Part shown: piece by piece, positions 19,527-29,738 of the stretch | Numbering within the stretch: the stretch's first letter is position 1 | How the letters are laid out: each line of letters starts with the position of its first letter | NCBI GenBank assembly: GCA_947384775.1 | Contig: CANDIF010000002.1 | Location: 42,215-106,214, forward strand | DNA: 64,000 nucleotides | Source of the DNA: an uncultured Clostridium sp. | GTDB taxonomy: Bacteria > Bacillota > Clostridia > TANB77 > CAG-508 | Reading direction: 5' to 3' | The notes under the pieces: generated by a model | The model's database searches: none | The model's input: the letters and a program-made list of their open reading frames with translations, nothing else | What the model was told of the DNA's origin: nothing | Translations under genes and position numbers: made by a program

Positions 19527-20204
19527 TCAATTTCTTTTTTGGTTTATTATTTCTATAATTTTTTCTGTTACTTCTTCAATGGTCATATTTGTTGTGTCTA
19601 CTATTATGCTATCTGGTGCAAGCTTTAATGAACCTATTTCTTTGTGTTTATCATTATCGTCTCTTTTTCTTATATTTTCTAGCACTTCTTCATATGACAT
19701 TTCTATTCCCTTTTCTTGCATTTCTTTATATCTTCTTTTTGCTCTCTCTTCTTCACTGGCATCTAAATATATTTTTACATCTGCATTTGGAAAAACATAT
19801 GTACAAATATCTCTTCCTTCCATTATTATATCTTTTCCACTTGCTAATTTCCTTTGCAGTTCTACCATTGCAAGTCTTACTTCTATAATTGAAGAAACCG
19901 GAGATACTATTCCAGTAACATCTTTTCCTCTTATTTCTCTTGTTACATCTTCTCCATCTAAAAATACTATATCTCCATTTGGTGTATTTTTTATATCAAT
20001 ATTTATTTTTTGTGATAATTCTATTGTTTTTTCCTTATCAATTACTCCATTTTCTATTGCATTTTCTTTTAGTGCTTTTAGTGCAACACATCTATATGTT
20101 ATTCCTGTATCGATATTTATTAATCCTATTTTATTTGCTATTTTCTTTGTTATTGTACCTTTTCCACTTCCTGCTGGTCCATCAATTCCTACTATAAATC
20201 CCAT
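19527..20204 (-). CDS. cmk: cytidylate kinase
   Basis: 225 aa. GIDGPAGSGKGT P-loop and the DTGITYR motif. Confidence 0.93.
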   Translation of the reverse strand: MGFIVGIDGPAGSGKGTITKKIANKIGLINIDTGITYRCVALKALKENAIENGVIDKEKTIELSQKINIDIKNTPNGDIVFLDGEDVTREIRGKDVTGIVSPVSSIIEVRLAMVELQRKLASGKDIIMEGRDICTYVFPNADVKIYLDASEEERAKRRYKEMQEKGIEMSYEEVLENIRKRDDNDKHKEIGSLKLAPDSIIVDTTNMTIEEVTEKIIEIINQKRN

Positions 20205-20208
20205 TTTT

Positions 20209-21075
20209 TTACTCCTTTTTATCTTCTTTAAAAATTCCCTTTGCTAATATTTGTAATTTTTCAACATTCATAGCTGTTAAATTTTCAATTTCCTTTATAC
20301 ATTGTTTCTTAAATACTTGCAGCGATGTTATAACATTAAATCCATATTTGATTATAATTTCAATGTATATTGAAACTCCTTCTTCTGTTTTTTCTATTCT
20401 TATTCTTGCTATTTTATATATTGCTTCAGCTTTTTTTGATATGTGTTCAATTATATCTTTAAGTACTGAATCTGATATTGTATAACTTCCTAAGTAGCTA
20501 AATGTTGGCCTTATTATTGATTTTTCCGAAATATATGGTTTGTTATCTTTTCCTTTCGATTTAAAAATTTGAAGTGGATCTAATATATATCCTGAAAAGT
20601 CCTTTTTTATTTCAAATGTTGGTACTGGAATTACATGCTTTCCTTCTGTCATTCTCATATTTTTTGCAGCTTTCATTTCCTCTTCTGTTGCAACATCTGT
20701 TATGTATATAGTATCTGTAAGTTCTGGAAGTCCTAAGTTCTCTCTTATTTTTCCAATCATATTATCTGATGTTCCCAATATTAGCAAACTTTCCGGTCTG
20801 TATTTTCTAAATGCTTTTTTTATTTCTTCCGCTCTTTCTGGATTTGTAAACAAAGCCTCCCTTACTGTTTCTATTTTTGTAGGGGCTTTTTTTGCAGATT
20901 CTCCTGCAATTACTTCATTTTCTTTTATTAGAAGTCCATCATCTATTATATATTTAATGTTTCTCTCACTTGCTACCATTTGAGCTCTATAACTTTTTCC
21001 AGTTCCAGATGGTCCAACAAATGCATATACTTTTATTTTTGACTCTACAAATTCAACAAGTTTATCTAATAACAT
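20209..21075 (-). CDS. P-loop NTPase fused to an Asp23/Gls24-like C-terminal domain
   Basis: 288 aa. Walker A GPSGTGKS. The C-terminal half resembles alkaline-shock (Asp23) family proteins. Confidence 0.5.
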   Translation of the reverse strand: MLLDKLVEFVESKIKVYAFVGPSGTGKSYRAQMVASERNIKYIIDDGLLIKENEVIAGESAKKAPTKIETVREALFTNPERAEEIKKAFRKYRPESLLILGTSDNMIGKIRENLGLPELTDTIYITDVATEEEMKAAKNMRMTEGKHVIPVPTFEIKKDFSGYILDPLQIFKSKGKDNKPYISEKSIIRPTFSYLGSYTISDSVLKDIIEHISKKAEAIYKIARIRIEKTEEGVSIYIEIIIKYGFNVITSLQVFKKQCIKEIENLTAMNVEKLQILAKGIFKEDKKE

Positions 21076-21168
21076 ACTTTTACCTCTATAATAAAATTAT
21101 TTATTAGTATATCATAAATCACCAGAAAAATCCAGAAAAAAATCCTCTAACTTAGAGGATTTTTCTTA

Positions 21169-21888
21169 TTATCTTACTTTTATTATATGCTCATAATAAT
21201 CTGTACCTGCTAATGAATATATTTTTGCAATTACATATATTTCATTATCTGCACCTAAATACATAAAATTATTTAGATTATTATTTTCTTTAGAAACTGT
21301 TTTTTCTAGTTGTGAATTATATACTTCTAACATTTCTTCATTTTCTTTAGCACTAATTCCTAATTCTTCATATTTTTCCTTGCATTTTTGTATTAAACTT
21401 TCTTCAAGCTCTTCTGCTTTGATTCCTTTTTTTGCAAGTATTTGCTCGTTTGTAATGGTTTCTCCAGTATATTTATCAATATTCCATACTTTATACTTAT
21501 CTGACACTGCTGCAAATGGTGATTCATGCTCATATACAATTGATAAAATATTATCATTTTCATAGTATTTATATTCTAGTTTTCCATCTGTTTGTATTTT
21601 TCCATCAACTGTCATGTCTGTTATTTTTTGTTCGCCATATGATAATATTTCTTTATTTAATTCTTTTACATTATCATATGTTAAGTTGATTTTTGGGATT
21701 TTATATCCACTTTGTTCTTTTACTGTATAAACTATATTTTTTTCTTCATTTATTAGGCTCACTATTGGTTTATTTTCCTTTTGTTCTTCTTGTTTGTTTT
21801 CGTTCTTTTTTCCACACCCTGTTAAAGTTACTATTGTTGCTAAACTTATAGCTGTAATTACTAGGATTTTTTTCTTTTTCATCTTCAT
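21169..21888 (-). CDS. lipoprotein, unknown function
   Basis: Signal peptide with lipobox LTGC (MKMKKKKILVITAISLATIVTLTGCGKK). Confidence 0.6.
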   Translation of the reverse strand: MKMKKKKILVITAISLATIVTLTGCGKKNENKQEEQKENKPIVSLINEEKNIVYTVKEQSGYKIPKINLTYDNVKELNKEILSYGEQKITDMTVDGKIQTDGKLEYKYYENDNILSIVYEHESPFAAVSDKYKVWNIDKYTGETITNEQILAKKGIKAEELEESLIQKCKEKYEELGISAKENEEMLEVYNSQLEKTVSKENNNLNNFMYLGADNEIYVIAKIYSLAGTDYYEHIIKVR

Positions 21889-21909
21889 CTCTCCTTTTTC
21901 ACTAAAAAT

Positions 21910-22629
21910 TTATTTGTTTATAACTTTTAGTGCTTCATCTGTTAGTTTTTCTTTATCGAATTTGTTCATTATAAATATTGCTATCATAACTGGTATTATA
22001 ATTACCAAATATATAATTATGCTCATTTTCCAATCTCCATTTGCTAGGTTTGCTCCTGCAAGTGTTGAAGATATTACTGATGGTATTCTAGCTATCGTAG
22101 ATATTATTATAAACCTAAATGGTTTTATTGGCAATAGTCCAGATATATAAACTAATAAATCTTTTGGTGTACCTGGCAGTACAAATAGTATGAGCATTAT
22201 TTTTTCTACTTTTCTTGGATTTTGAAACAATTTACTGTTCTCAATTTTTTCTATCTTCTTTTCATCACAAAAGTTATATACGAATTTTTTCCCAAGTATT
22301 CTTACTGCAAAAAATATTCCTGTTGATATTATTCCTGCTGAAGCTATTATAAAAATACTCCCAATTACTCCTCCATAGCACATTCCAGATAGTATTTCTA
22401 TCGGTTCTCCTGGTATTATAAATAAAAATATTTGTGCTACTTGCAATCCAAATAATGAAAAAAATCCTAGAAAACCCCATTCATTTACTTTTTCTTTGAA
22501 TGCTATTCTGCCTTCTTCTGTTGATAATTTAATCATTATTGGTGCCAAGTATATAATTAATCCAATTATAGCTACCAGTACCACAATTGTAAAAAATATT
22601 CTTAATACTTTTCCTTTACTGTTTTTCAA
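21910..22629 (-). CDS. TVP38/TMEM64 (DedA-related) family membrane protein
   Basis: 239 aa. Has ...IPGEPIEILSGMCYG..., typical of the family. Confidence 0.75.
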   Translation of the reverse strand: MKNSKGKVLRIFFTIVVLVAIIGLIIYLAPIMIKLSTEEGRIAFKEKVNEWGFLGFFSLFGLQVAQIFLFIIPGEPIEILSGMCYGGVIGSIFIIASAGIISTGIFFAVRILGKKFVYNFCDEKKIEKIENSKLFQNPRKVEKIMLILFVLPGTPKDLLVYISGLLPIKPFRFIIISTIARIPSVISSTLAGANLANGDWKMSIIIYLVIIIPVMIAIFIMNKFDKEKLTDEALKVINK

Positions 22630-22648
22630 TTACATTCTCCTCTATCAT

Positions 22649-23311
22649 CTATGTTTCTTCTTGAACTTGCAGTTTATTCTTCTTATTTGAAAATATTGTA
22701 TCTATGAAATCATCTGGATAATATGCATCTAAAAACTGTTCTATAGCATTTCGTGGATTTTCTCCTAAAAATCTATTCTTTTGTCTTGCTATTGCCATCC
22801 AACTTATAGATACATCAATTATAATAAATATGGCTAGCAAAATCGTTATTATTTTTAATCTTGTATCTTGCATTATATTCTCTAATTCATGCAATAGTGG
22901 TTCTATCCATGAAATATATAGAAGTCCTGCAATCCCCCAATAAGTACAATGTAATAAACTTGTTCTTCCATGTAAGTTAAATGGAAGTTTTGAGTAGTCC
23001 CATGATATTGATCCAAATATGATTTCTTGTAGGTATGAACATACATATTCTGTAAGTCCACCTAATGCTAAAGTTATTAAAAAGATTTTGATTTTATCTC
23101 TTGTTTTTATAAATTTAAAAATACTATAATACATAACTAACCCAATTCCATACACAGGAATAAATGGTCCATATATTAATCCTTGCCTTATTTCAAAATG
23201 TCCTGTTTGCAAAATAACTACAATTGTTTCAAATATCCAACCTGCTATACTCCCTATTATAAAAACCCAAAATATTTTTAGAATTTCGTTTATTATTGTT
23301 TCCTTTTTCAT
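22649..23311 (-). CDS. polytopic membrane protein (DUF1113 / putative ABC-transporter type IV-like)
   Basis: 220 aa. GSIAGWIFETIV...GLIYGPFIPVYG. Confidence 0.55.
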   Translation of the reverse strand: MKKETIINEILKIFWVFIIGSIAGWIFETIVVILQTGHFEIRQGLIYGPFIPVYGIGLVMYYSIFKFIKTRDKIKIFLITLALGGLTEYVCSYLQEIIFGSISWDYSKLPFNLHGRTSLLHCTYWGIAGLLYISWIEPLLHELENIMQDTRLKIITILLAIFIIIDVSISWMAIARQKNRFLGENPRNAIEQFLDAYYPDDFIDTIFSNKKNKLQVQEET

Positions 23312-23384
23312 TTTTTCACCTTTTATTTTAGTTTCCTGTAATGAAAAATTCTTAGATGATAATATCTAAGAATTTTTTTCAGTT

Positions 23385-23876
23385 TTATAAATCATCTTCT
23401 TCGTTTTTGTGACAATCTCCTCCACAGCAATCACAATCATCTTCGCAGTCTCCGCATCCGCATTCGTTTCCCCAGTCTAGCTCTATCGTATTTTTACATT
23501 CTGGGCAACTTATTTCATTTTTATCTGCAATTTCATCTATGTCTAAAGAAATTTCTTTGTTACAATATGGGCATACTATTTCCATAGTATATTCTCCATC
23601 ATCATCTTCTTCATCTAAGTATATATCATTTTCTATTTTCTTTAAACTCTTTGCCATTTTATCCATTTTTTCATTTGCTTCTTTCTGTGCTTGTGCTATC
23701 TCTAATACTCTGGCATTCATAACTGCATTTAATTCAATTACTTCATCAGCAAATGCATTGTATAAGTTAAAAATTTCTGTTTTTATTGTTTCTAAAGTTT
23801 CTTTATCTTTTACTTTTTCTTCTAAATTTGTCATTATCTTTTTCATAATTAAGTTCATATCTGACATTTTATTCAT
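23385..23876 (-). CDS. zinc-ribbon protein with Cys/Asp-rich tail
   Basis: 163 aa. CPYC...CPEC ribbon, then CGCGDCEDDCDCCGGDC. Confidence 0.5.
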   Translation of the reverse strand: MNKMSDMNLIMKKIMTNLEEKVKDKETLETIKTEIFNLYNAFADEVIELNAVMNARVLEIAQAQKEANEKMDKMAKSLKKIENDIYLDEEDDDGEYTMEIVCPYCNKEISLDIDEIADKNEISCPECKNTIELDWGNECGCGDCEDDCDCCGGDCHKNEEDDL

Positions 23877-23898
23877 ATCCTTTCCTGATATAAATCTC

Positions 23899-24468
23899 TT
23901 AGACTCTTTCCATATATTCGCCTGTTCTTGTATCTATTCTAATTTTATCTCCTGTATTTACAAATAATGGAACATTTATTGTTGCTCCTGTTTCTAGTTC
24001 TGCTGGTTTTGTTGCTCCTGCTCCTGCTGTGTTTCCACTAAATCCTGGTTCTGTATATGTAATTTCTAATTCAACAAACATTGGTGGTTCTATTGCAAAT
24101 ATTTTTCCTTTGAATGCTAATGTTTTTACCATCATATTTTCTTTCAAGAATTTTAACATATCTCCTAAATCCTCTTTGTTGAGTGGAATTTGATCATATG
24201 TTTCATTATCCATAAAATAATATAAATCTCCATCTGCATATAAATATTGCATTTCTCTTTTTTCTATTTCTGCTCCTTGTAATTTTTCTGATGGATTAAA
24301 TGTTTTTTCTAAAACTGCTCCTGTTATTACATTTTTTAGCTTTGTTCTAACAAATGCTGCTCCTTTTCCTGGTTTTACATGTTGGAATTCAACTACTTTA
24401 TATACTGAACCTTCCATTTCAAATGTTGTTCCATTTCTTACATCTCCTGCCATATATACTTCTGCCAT
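23899..24468 (-). CDS. efp: elongation factor P
   Basis: 189 aa. ...[22 protein letters not shown]... Confidence 0.95.
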   Translation of the reverse strand: MAEVYMAGDVRNGTTFEMEGSVYKVVEFQHVKPGKGAAFVRTKLKNVITGAVLEKTFNPSEKLQGAEIEKREMQYLYADGDLYYFMDNETYDQIPLNKEDLGDMLKFLKENMMVKTLAFKGKIFAIEPPMFVELEITYTEPGFSGNTAGAGATKPAELETGATINVPLFVNTGDKIRIDTRTGEYMERV

Positions 24469-24539
24469 ATTATCTTACCTCTTTCTTTTTTTATATTTAC
24501 TTATCTATTTTACTATAGATTTTCAATATTTTCAAGTCC

Positions 24540-25601
24540 CTAAATTACTGTATATTTTCTTGGTGATTTTGTTAATATCGTTTTTCCATTTTTTTCTACC
24601 AATATTGTATCTTCTATTCTTATTCCATATTTACCTGGTATGTATATTCCTGGTTCATCTGCAATTACCATGTTTTTCTTTAAAAATGTGTCGTTCTTTG
24701 GACTTATGTATGGTATTTCATGTGTTTCCATTCCTACTCCATGACCCAAAGCATGTATCATTGTTTGCTTATATTGTTTAAAATCATTTTCTACCATTTG
24801 TGATATTGTTTTTATACTTGCATATTCTCTTATTTCATCTTCTGTGTTTTGCAAGTTTTTTAATACTAAATCATATATCGGTTTTATTTCTTCTAGTATA
24901 CATCCCATAAATATTGTTCTTGTCATATCTGAACAGTATCCGTTATATTTACATCCCATATCTATTAATATTGGGTCTGCCATTTTTACTGTTCTGTTTG
25001 ACGGTTTCCAGTGTGGTTGTGAACTGTTTTCTCCTACTGCTACAACTGTATCAAAAGCTAATCCGTCTGCTCCATTTTCTTTAAAAAATCTTTCTACTTC
25101 GTTTGCTATTTCTTTTTCTGATATGCCTATTTTTATAAATGTTAATAGATGTTCAAAACATTTATCTGTAATTTCACATGCCTTTGTTATATTCTTTATT
25201 TCTTCTTCATCTTTTATTTCTCTTAATTTTTCTATTATGTTTTCTGTTTCTGCCAAATTATTTACTTTGTATTTTTGCTTTAAAAAATGATATTGTTTAT
25301 ATGTTACATAGTTTTCTTCAAATCCTATATTCTCACAGAATAAAAAGAAATTTTCACATTCATCTTTTCCAACATCTCTAAAATCTACTACAATAATTTC
25401 ATCATTTATTGTTAATGTACTTTTTACATTTTCTAAATACATTGTGTATGTTAAAAAAATATTTTCTTTTCTTGTAATTAATAAAGTTCCTTCATTTTCA
25501 ATATTCGTTAAATATTTTATATTTACTGGATTTGTTACTATCATTCCTTCTAAGTTTAAACTTCTTAATCTTTCTCTTAAAAGTCTTATTTTTTCGTTCA
25601 T
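24540..25601 (-). CDS. Xaa-Pro aminopeptidase (M24B family)
   Basis: 353 aa. Metal ligands in DMGCKYNGYCSDMTRT and HALGHGVGMETHE. Confidence 0.85.
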   Translation of the reverse strand: MNEKIRLLRERLRSLNLEGMIVTNPVNIKYLTNIENEGTLLITRKENIFLTYTMYLENVKSTLTINDEIIVVDFRDVGKDECENFFLFCENIGFEENYVTYKQYHFLKQKYKVNNLAETENIIEKLREIKDEEEIKNITKACEITDKCFEHLLTFIKIGISEKEIANEVERFFKENGADGLAFDTVVAVGENSSQPHWKPSNRTVKMADPILIDMGCKYNGYCSDMTRTIFMGCILEEIKPIYDLVLKNLQNTEDEIREYASIKTISQMVENDFKQYKQTMIHALGHGVGMETHEIPYISPKNDTFLKKNMVIADEPGIYIPGKYGIRIEDTILVEKNGKTILTKSPRKYTVI

Positions 25602-25633
25602 AATACCCCCCTTTCATACTTTATTTTATATTT

Positions 25634-26362
25634 TTAATACATTCCTAGTGTAAATACCTTCATTAAAAACACATATAGTGTATTTGTTGGTACTAGTATT
25701 GTGATTATTGTTGCTATTACAATAAATGGACCAAATGGAATATACCCATCTTTTCTATTTTTTCTTGCTAATATTACTGCTATACTTCCTATTGCCCCTA
25801 CTAAGAAAGATAGTACTGAAATCATTACTATTCTTGTTACTCCAAAATATAGTCCTAATGCTCCCATTAATTTTACGTCTCCGAGACCCATTGCCTCTTT
25901 TCCTGCAATTAATCCTCCAATTAATGTTATTCCTAAGAATATTCCTCCACCTGCCAACATTCCTAATAATAAGTCTTTTGATAAATTCAAATTAGACATA
26001 CCATATATGAATACGAAAATTAAACCTAATTCGAACATTGTTAGATTTAATCTATTTGGTATTATTTGTACTTTGTAATCTACCATAAATGCACAAATTA
26101 GCATCGTACATAGTGGTGCATATTCGAAAAATTCTATATTTATTCCAAATTTATATAACAATATGCAGTATATTAGTGCATTTATTAATATTAATGAGTA
26201 TCTTGGTCTTGATATCATTCTATATTTTTTAATGCTCTCTTTTGATAGTATTTTCCCTTCCTCTAAAAATGTTTTATTTAAGTAGTCTATAACTTGTCCT
26301 AATAGTCCTCCTATTATTGCAACTACTAGATAAATTAATATATGTGTATCATTTAAGTACAT
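25634..26362 (-). CDS. prepilin peptidase (A24 family)
   Basis: 242 aa, polytopic, with the catalytic-Asp motif region AMGLGDVKLMGALG. Confidence 0.85.
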   Translation of the reverse strand: MYLNDTHILIYLVVAIIGGLLGQVIDYLNKTFLEEGKILSKESIKKYRMISRPRYSLILINALIYCILLYKFGINIEFFEYAPLCTMLICAFMVDYKVQIIPNRLNLTMFELGLIFVFIYGMSNLNLSKDLLLGMLAGGGIFLGITLIGGLIAGKEAMGLGDVKLMGALGLYFGVTRIVMISVLSFLVGAIGSIAVILARKNRKDGYIPFGPFIVIATIITILVPTNTLYVFLMKVFTLGMY

Positions 26363-26492
26363 TGTATTCTCCTTTGTTTATATATCATTGCTTATATTAT
26401 ATTTATTTAAGTTGTTTCTGTCAAGTAACATAATATATAAGTCTCTAGTTCTGTATCATATTTTTTTGAGTTCTCTTGTCTTTCATTTCTTT

Positions 26493-27230
26493 CTAGTTTT
26501 TTATTATATCTTTTATTACTTCTCCACTAATTATTAATCCTGCAACTGAAGGAACAAAAGATATACTTCCTGGTATTTGTTTTTTATGAGTTCCTTTTCT
26601 TTCTTCTTGTGAAGATGTACAATCATTTACTATTGTTTGATCTATTTTTATAGGTTCTTCTTTTGAATATACAACTTTTAATTCTTTTATATTTCGGCTT
26701 CTTAATTCTTTTCTCATAACTTTTGCTAAAGGACATATACTTGTTTTATATATATCTGCTATTTCAAATTTAGTAGGATCTAACTTATTCCCTGTTCCCA
26801 TACTTGATATAATTGGAATATTTAGTTTGTTTGCTCTTACCACAAGTTCAATTTTAGCTGTAACTGTGTCTACACAATCTATAATGTAGTCTACTGTATC
26901 ATCTAATAACTCTTTACTATCTGGCATAAAAAATTCTTGATATATTTCTACTTTTGCATTTGGATTTATCTCTAGTATCCTTTCTTTAGCTACTTCTACT
27001 TTATATTTTCCAATTGTTTTGTGTGTTGCTATTAATTGTCTATTCAAATTTGTTATACATATTTTATCATCATCTATTAATATAAATTTTTCTATTCCTG
27101 CCCTTACTAATCCTTCTACTACAAATGTTCCTACTCCACCAATTCCAAATATAGCCACTTTGGCTTTATTTAACTTTTCTATTGCTTCTGTTCCTATCAA
27201 CAATTCTGTTCTTGAAAATTGATCTAGCAT
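26493..27230 (-). CDS. tcdA: ThiF-family tRNA threonylcarbamoyladenosine dehydratase
   Basis: 245 aa. Rossmann motif FGIGGVGTFVVEGLVRAGI and NLNRQ. Confidence 0.8.
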   Translation of the reverse strand: MLDQFSRTELLIGTEAIEKLNKAKVAIFGIGGVGTFVVEGLVRAGIEKFILIDDDKICITNLNRQLIATHKTIGKYKVEVAKERILEINPNAKVEIYQEFFMPDSKELLDDTVDYIIDCVDTVTAKIELVVRANKLNIPIISSMGTGNKLDPTKFEIADIYKTSICPLAKVMRKELRSRNIKELKVVYSKEEPIKIDQTIVNDCTSSQEERKGTHKKQIPGSISFVPSVAGLIISGEVIKDIIKN

Positions 27231-27411
27231 TCTATATTTCTCCTTTTAACTTTTTTGAAATAATCAGTGTTTTTTCCATTGCATTATATCATAAATTTAG
27301 AAGAATATATATATATTATAAAAGATTGGTTATCATAATGATAAAAAAATAGAGACTATAATTAATTTCTAGTCTCCATAAAAGAATCTTCTTTTTATTT
27401 CTTTCTCAATT

Positions 27412-28017
27412 CTATTCAGTTTTTTTTGTACACATCTTTACTGTTGACATTATAGCTAGTGCTAATATTGATCCACATGTTGCTGTAATTAATTGTGTTA
27501 CTCCCATTGATGTATTTAATACTGTTTGTACCTTTGCAGGTAAATTAATTAATGAATTCATTATGCTAAATCCTGCATATATGATGGCAACCTTTAATGC
27601 TATTGCAATAACTGCAGATACAATATAATTTATTTTTTTATTTACATATATTGCTTTATATATAAATATAAATGCAAAGTTTCCTAATATTATTGCTGGT
27701 ATCATTAATTTTGCATATAGTGTCATTGGCGTAAATAAATATCCTCCTAATATATTTGACATTGATGGTAGTGTTGCAATAAATATTGTTTTTATGCTTC
27801 CTTTTGTATATAATGCTGTCATTATTAAAGCTGTATTTACAATTGTTCCAACCACTATTTGTTGATATTTCCCTAAAGGTATTATTTTCGCTAAAAATGT
27901 AGGTACTAGAAATGCCCCTACCATGATTAGTAGCGTAACTATTATATCTGTTAATTTTTTTGTATCAACTAATTGTTGTTTTAATACTTTTGTCATTTGA
28001 TTTTCCTCCTTTTTCAT
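27412..28017 (-). CDS. polytopic membrane protein, unknown function
   Basis: 201 aa with 5-6 predicted TM helices. Confidence 0.5.
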   Translation of the reverse strand: MKKEENQMTKVLKQQLVDTKKLTDIIVTLLIMVGAFLVPTFLAKIIPLGKYQQIVVGTIVNTALIMTALYTKGSIKTIFIATLPSMSNILGGYLFTPMTLYAKLMIPAIILGNFAFIFIYKAIYVNKKINYIVSAVIAIALKVAIIYAGFSIMNSLINLPAKVQTVLNTSMGVTQLITATCGSILALAIMSTVKMCTKKTE

Positions 28018-28096
28018 ATCCTCTATATTTATATTATATAAACTATTTATTAAAAACTCAAGTATTTTTTTGTATTATTTTAGAGTTTATTTTTAC

Positions 28097-28150
28097 CAAA
28101 AAGTACACTCCCCACACATAGCATTGTTCTGTGTGGGAAGTGTACTTTTG
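28097..28150. terminator. long GC-rich bidirectional terminator of cassette C
   Basis: aaaaAGTACACTcCCCACACA-12 nt-TGTGTGGGaAGTGTACTtttg. Confidence 0.75.
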
Positions 28151-28197
28151 CATCATTACGGAATTTACAGCGTTCTAAATTTCGAGCGTTGTTGACC

Positions 28198-28689
28198 TCA
28201 ATTGCCAAAATACTCTGCTTGTGCATCAAAGTATTCACGATGGGGTCCATCAAAGAACTCCCTGTGTGCAGCAAAGTACTCGTTGTGAGGTCCATCGAAG
28301 AATTCTTCCATCGCATCGAAAAATTCTTCTTGGGAAAGCTCTCCGTTTTCATAGCGCTGTTCGGCAAGTTCCAGTTCATGCCTGGCCAGTTCATACTTTT
28401 GCGCCGCAGCATCAAGAACCTTTTTGCCGGTTTCGTATTCCTGCTTTGCGATCTCAAGCTTTTCCGCCGCAGCCATTTTTTCCAGTTCTTCTGCATCAGG
28501 AAGAAGCGCTGTGAAATCGTTTACAGGTACCTTGTCCTCAAAGTCCTCCACCGTGACCTTAGGATCATTTTCCATGGATTCGAACCTCGTAGGCTTGACG
28601 TTGCTGTTGGTAGGAGCTCCGCAGGCAGTAAGCCCTACAAGGGCTACCACCATCAGGCACATCAGTGCCAAAGTAATAATCCGTTTCAT
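28198..28689 (-). CDS. lipoprotein with coiled-coil and EFFDGPHxEYF repeats (GC-rich cassette C)
   Basis: ATG 28689 is preceded by GGAGG. The signal is MKRIITLALMCLMVVALVGLTAC with lipobox LTAC. The protein is 163 aa, in a region of about 50% G+C. The longer track ORF (to 28767) lacks an RBS. Confidence 0.7.
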   Translation of the reverse strand: MKRIITLALMCLMVVALVGLTACGAPTNSNVKPTRFESMENDPKVTVEDFEDKVPVNDFTALLPDAEELEKMAAAEKLEIAKQEYETGKKVLDAAAQKYELARHELELAEQRYENGELSQEEFFDAMEEFFDGPHNEYFAAHREFFDGPHREYFDAQAEYFGN

Positions 28690-28838
28690 TGTGACCTCCA
28701 AAATTTTTTTGCATTTCGGAGTCAATGCCCTCCGAAATACGGACGGCATAAAAAATAAATTTACCATCTATATAAATTATAGCATAACTCCAATAAATTT
28801 TCAAAACTTGTGATATCAATATATGCCTTATATCAACC

Positions 28839-28967
28839 TGTGAATAGTGAAAAATGAATAGTTAATAGTGAATAGTACAAATGTGCTTATTGCACTTTTT
28901 TTAATAACTATTCACTATTAATTATTCACCATTCATTATTAACTGCGACTTGCTAAAGTCGCACATT
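28839..28967 (-). repeat. 129-nt structured repeat directly abutting the tmRNA CCA end (copy 2)
   Basis: Read on the minus strand it shows the same architecture as 13658-13786: AAATGTGC, hairpin TGCGACT-ttagca-AGTCGCA, then GTGAATAGT-type arms. Confidence 0.8.
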
Positions 28968-29324
28968 TGGTGGAGATGGTGGGAGTTGAACCCACGTCCA
29001 ATCTTCTATCCATATAAACTTCTACGAGTGTAGTTTATTATTAAAATTTTCCTCAAATTCTTGCAAATAAACACGCTTGAATTTTTGGTAGCCTTTTGTT
29101 ACCCATTATTTCCAAGGCAAGAAATAATTTTGTTTCCTACTTTAGTCGACGCCTTATCAGCAACAGTAGGCTTTGCTGTAAGACGAAGCTGCAACTAGGC
29201 AGCTAATGCTAATTCATTATTATCAGCGTTTATTTTTAATTTCGCTTTTTTATAGTGGCCGAAGCGACCATCCACTACTCGCTATTTATAATTCAAAAAA
29301 ACCGTCGAAACCAATTACATCCCC
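28968..29324 (-). ncRNA. ssrA: transfer-messenger RNA
   Basis: 5' GGGGATGTAATTGGTTTCGACGG... and 3' ...GTGGGTTCAACTCCCACCATCTCCACCA. The internal tag ORF is GCT GAT AAT AAT GAA TTA GCA TTA GCT GCC TAG (ADNNELALAA*). Confidence 0.93.
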
Positions 29325-29522
29325 ATATAGTTATTGTATAAGAATTTTTCATGCTTATACAAAATTTTTATTATATTAGTTTGAACATATCTATTATACT
29401 ATGCTTTTTATGTTTTATCAATAAATTATATGTCTTTTCTTTGTTTTTCCAAAAGCGAACCACACACTCCGTTAGTGTGTGGCTTGCTTTCGTGTGGAAA
29501 TTTTCAAATTGCTGATTTACGC

Positions 29523-29738
29523 TCAACTAAGCATCCTTCTGCGGAACTTTTTCGGTTTGCGATAGAGATAGCGCATCTTCCGTCTTTGGTTCTCCACCAG
29601 TCCTCTCACAATGTAGCCGATTAGGCTGCCCAAAGCGAACGTCAGGCAAGCCTTAGCCCCAATACAGAGAGACAAGTAGACAACACTGAAGGATAAAATA
29701 GGTACACATATAAAGAGCATCACAATCTTTTTTCCCAC
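29523..29738 (-). CDS. 71-aa two-TM protein with highly basic C-terminal tail (GC-rich cassette D)
   Basis: GTG start preceded by AGGAGGAGAC. Product MGKKIVMLFICVPILSF...NQRRKMRYLYRKPKKFRRRMLS. It has its own TGgTATAAT promoter and a GC-rich terminator (29450-29483). Confidence 0.55.
   Translation of the reverse strand: MGKKIVMLFICVPILSFSVVYLSLCIGAKACLTFALGSLIGYIVRGLVENQRRKMRYLYRKPKKFRRRMLS

Noticed and set aside
22274-22480. 68-aa ORF nested out of frame inside the TVP38/TMEM64 gene on the same strand.
   Set aside because: It lies entirely within a well-supported longer CDS. It has no RBS and its sequence is nonsensical.
28080-28819. Five mutually overlapping ORFs on both strands in the GC-rich block (28080..28496, 28189..28758, 28221..28514, 28424..28813, 28565..28819).
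   Set aside because: High G+C removes stops in all frames. Only the minus-strand frame starting at 28689 has GGAGG, an ATG, a lipoprotein signal and a terminator.
28080-28967. Prophage or integrative island at the 3' end of ssrA.
   Set aside because: There is no integrase and no phage genes. I could find no duplicated copy of the tmRNA 3' end serving as attR. Only a single small cassette is present.
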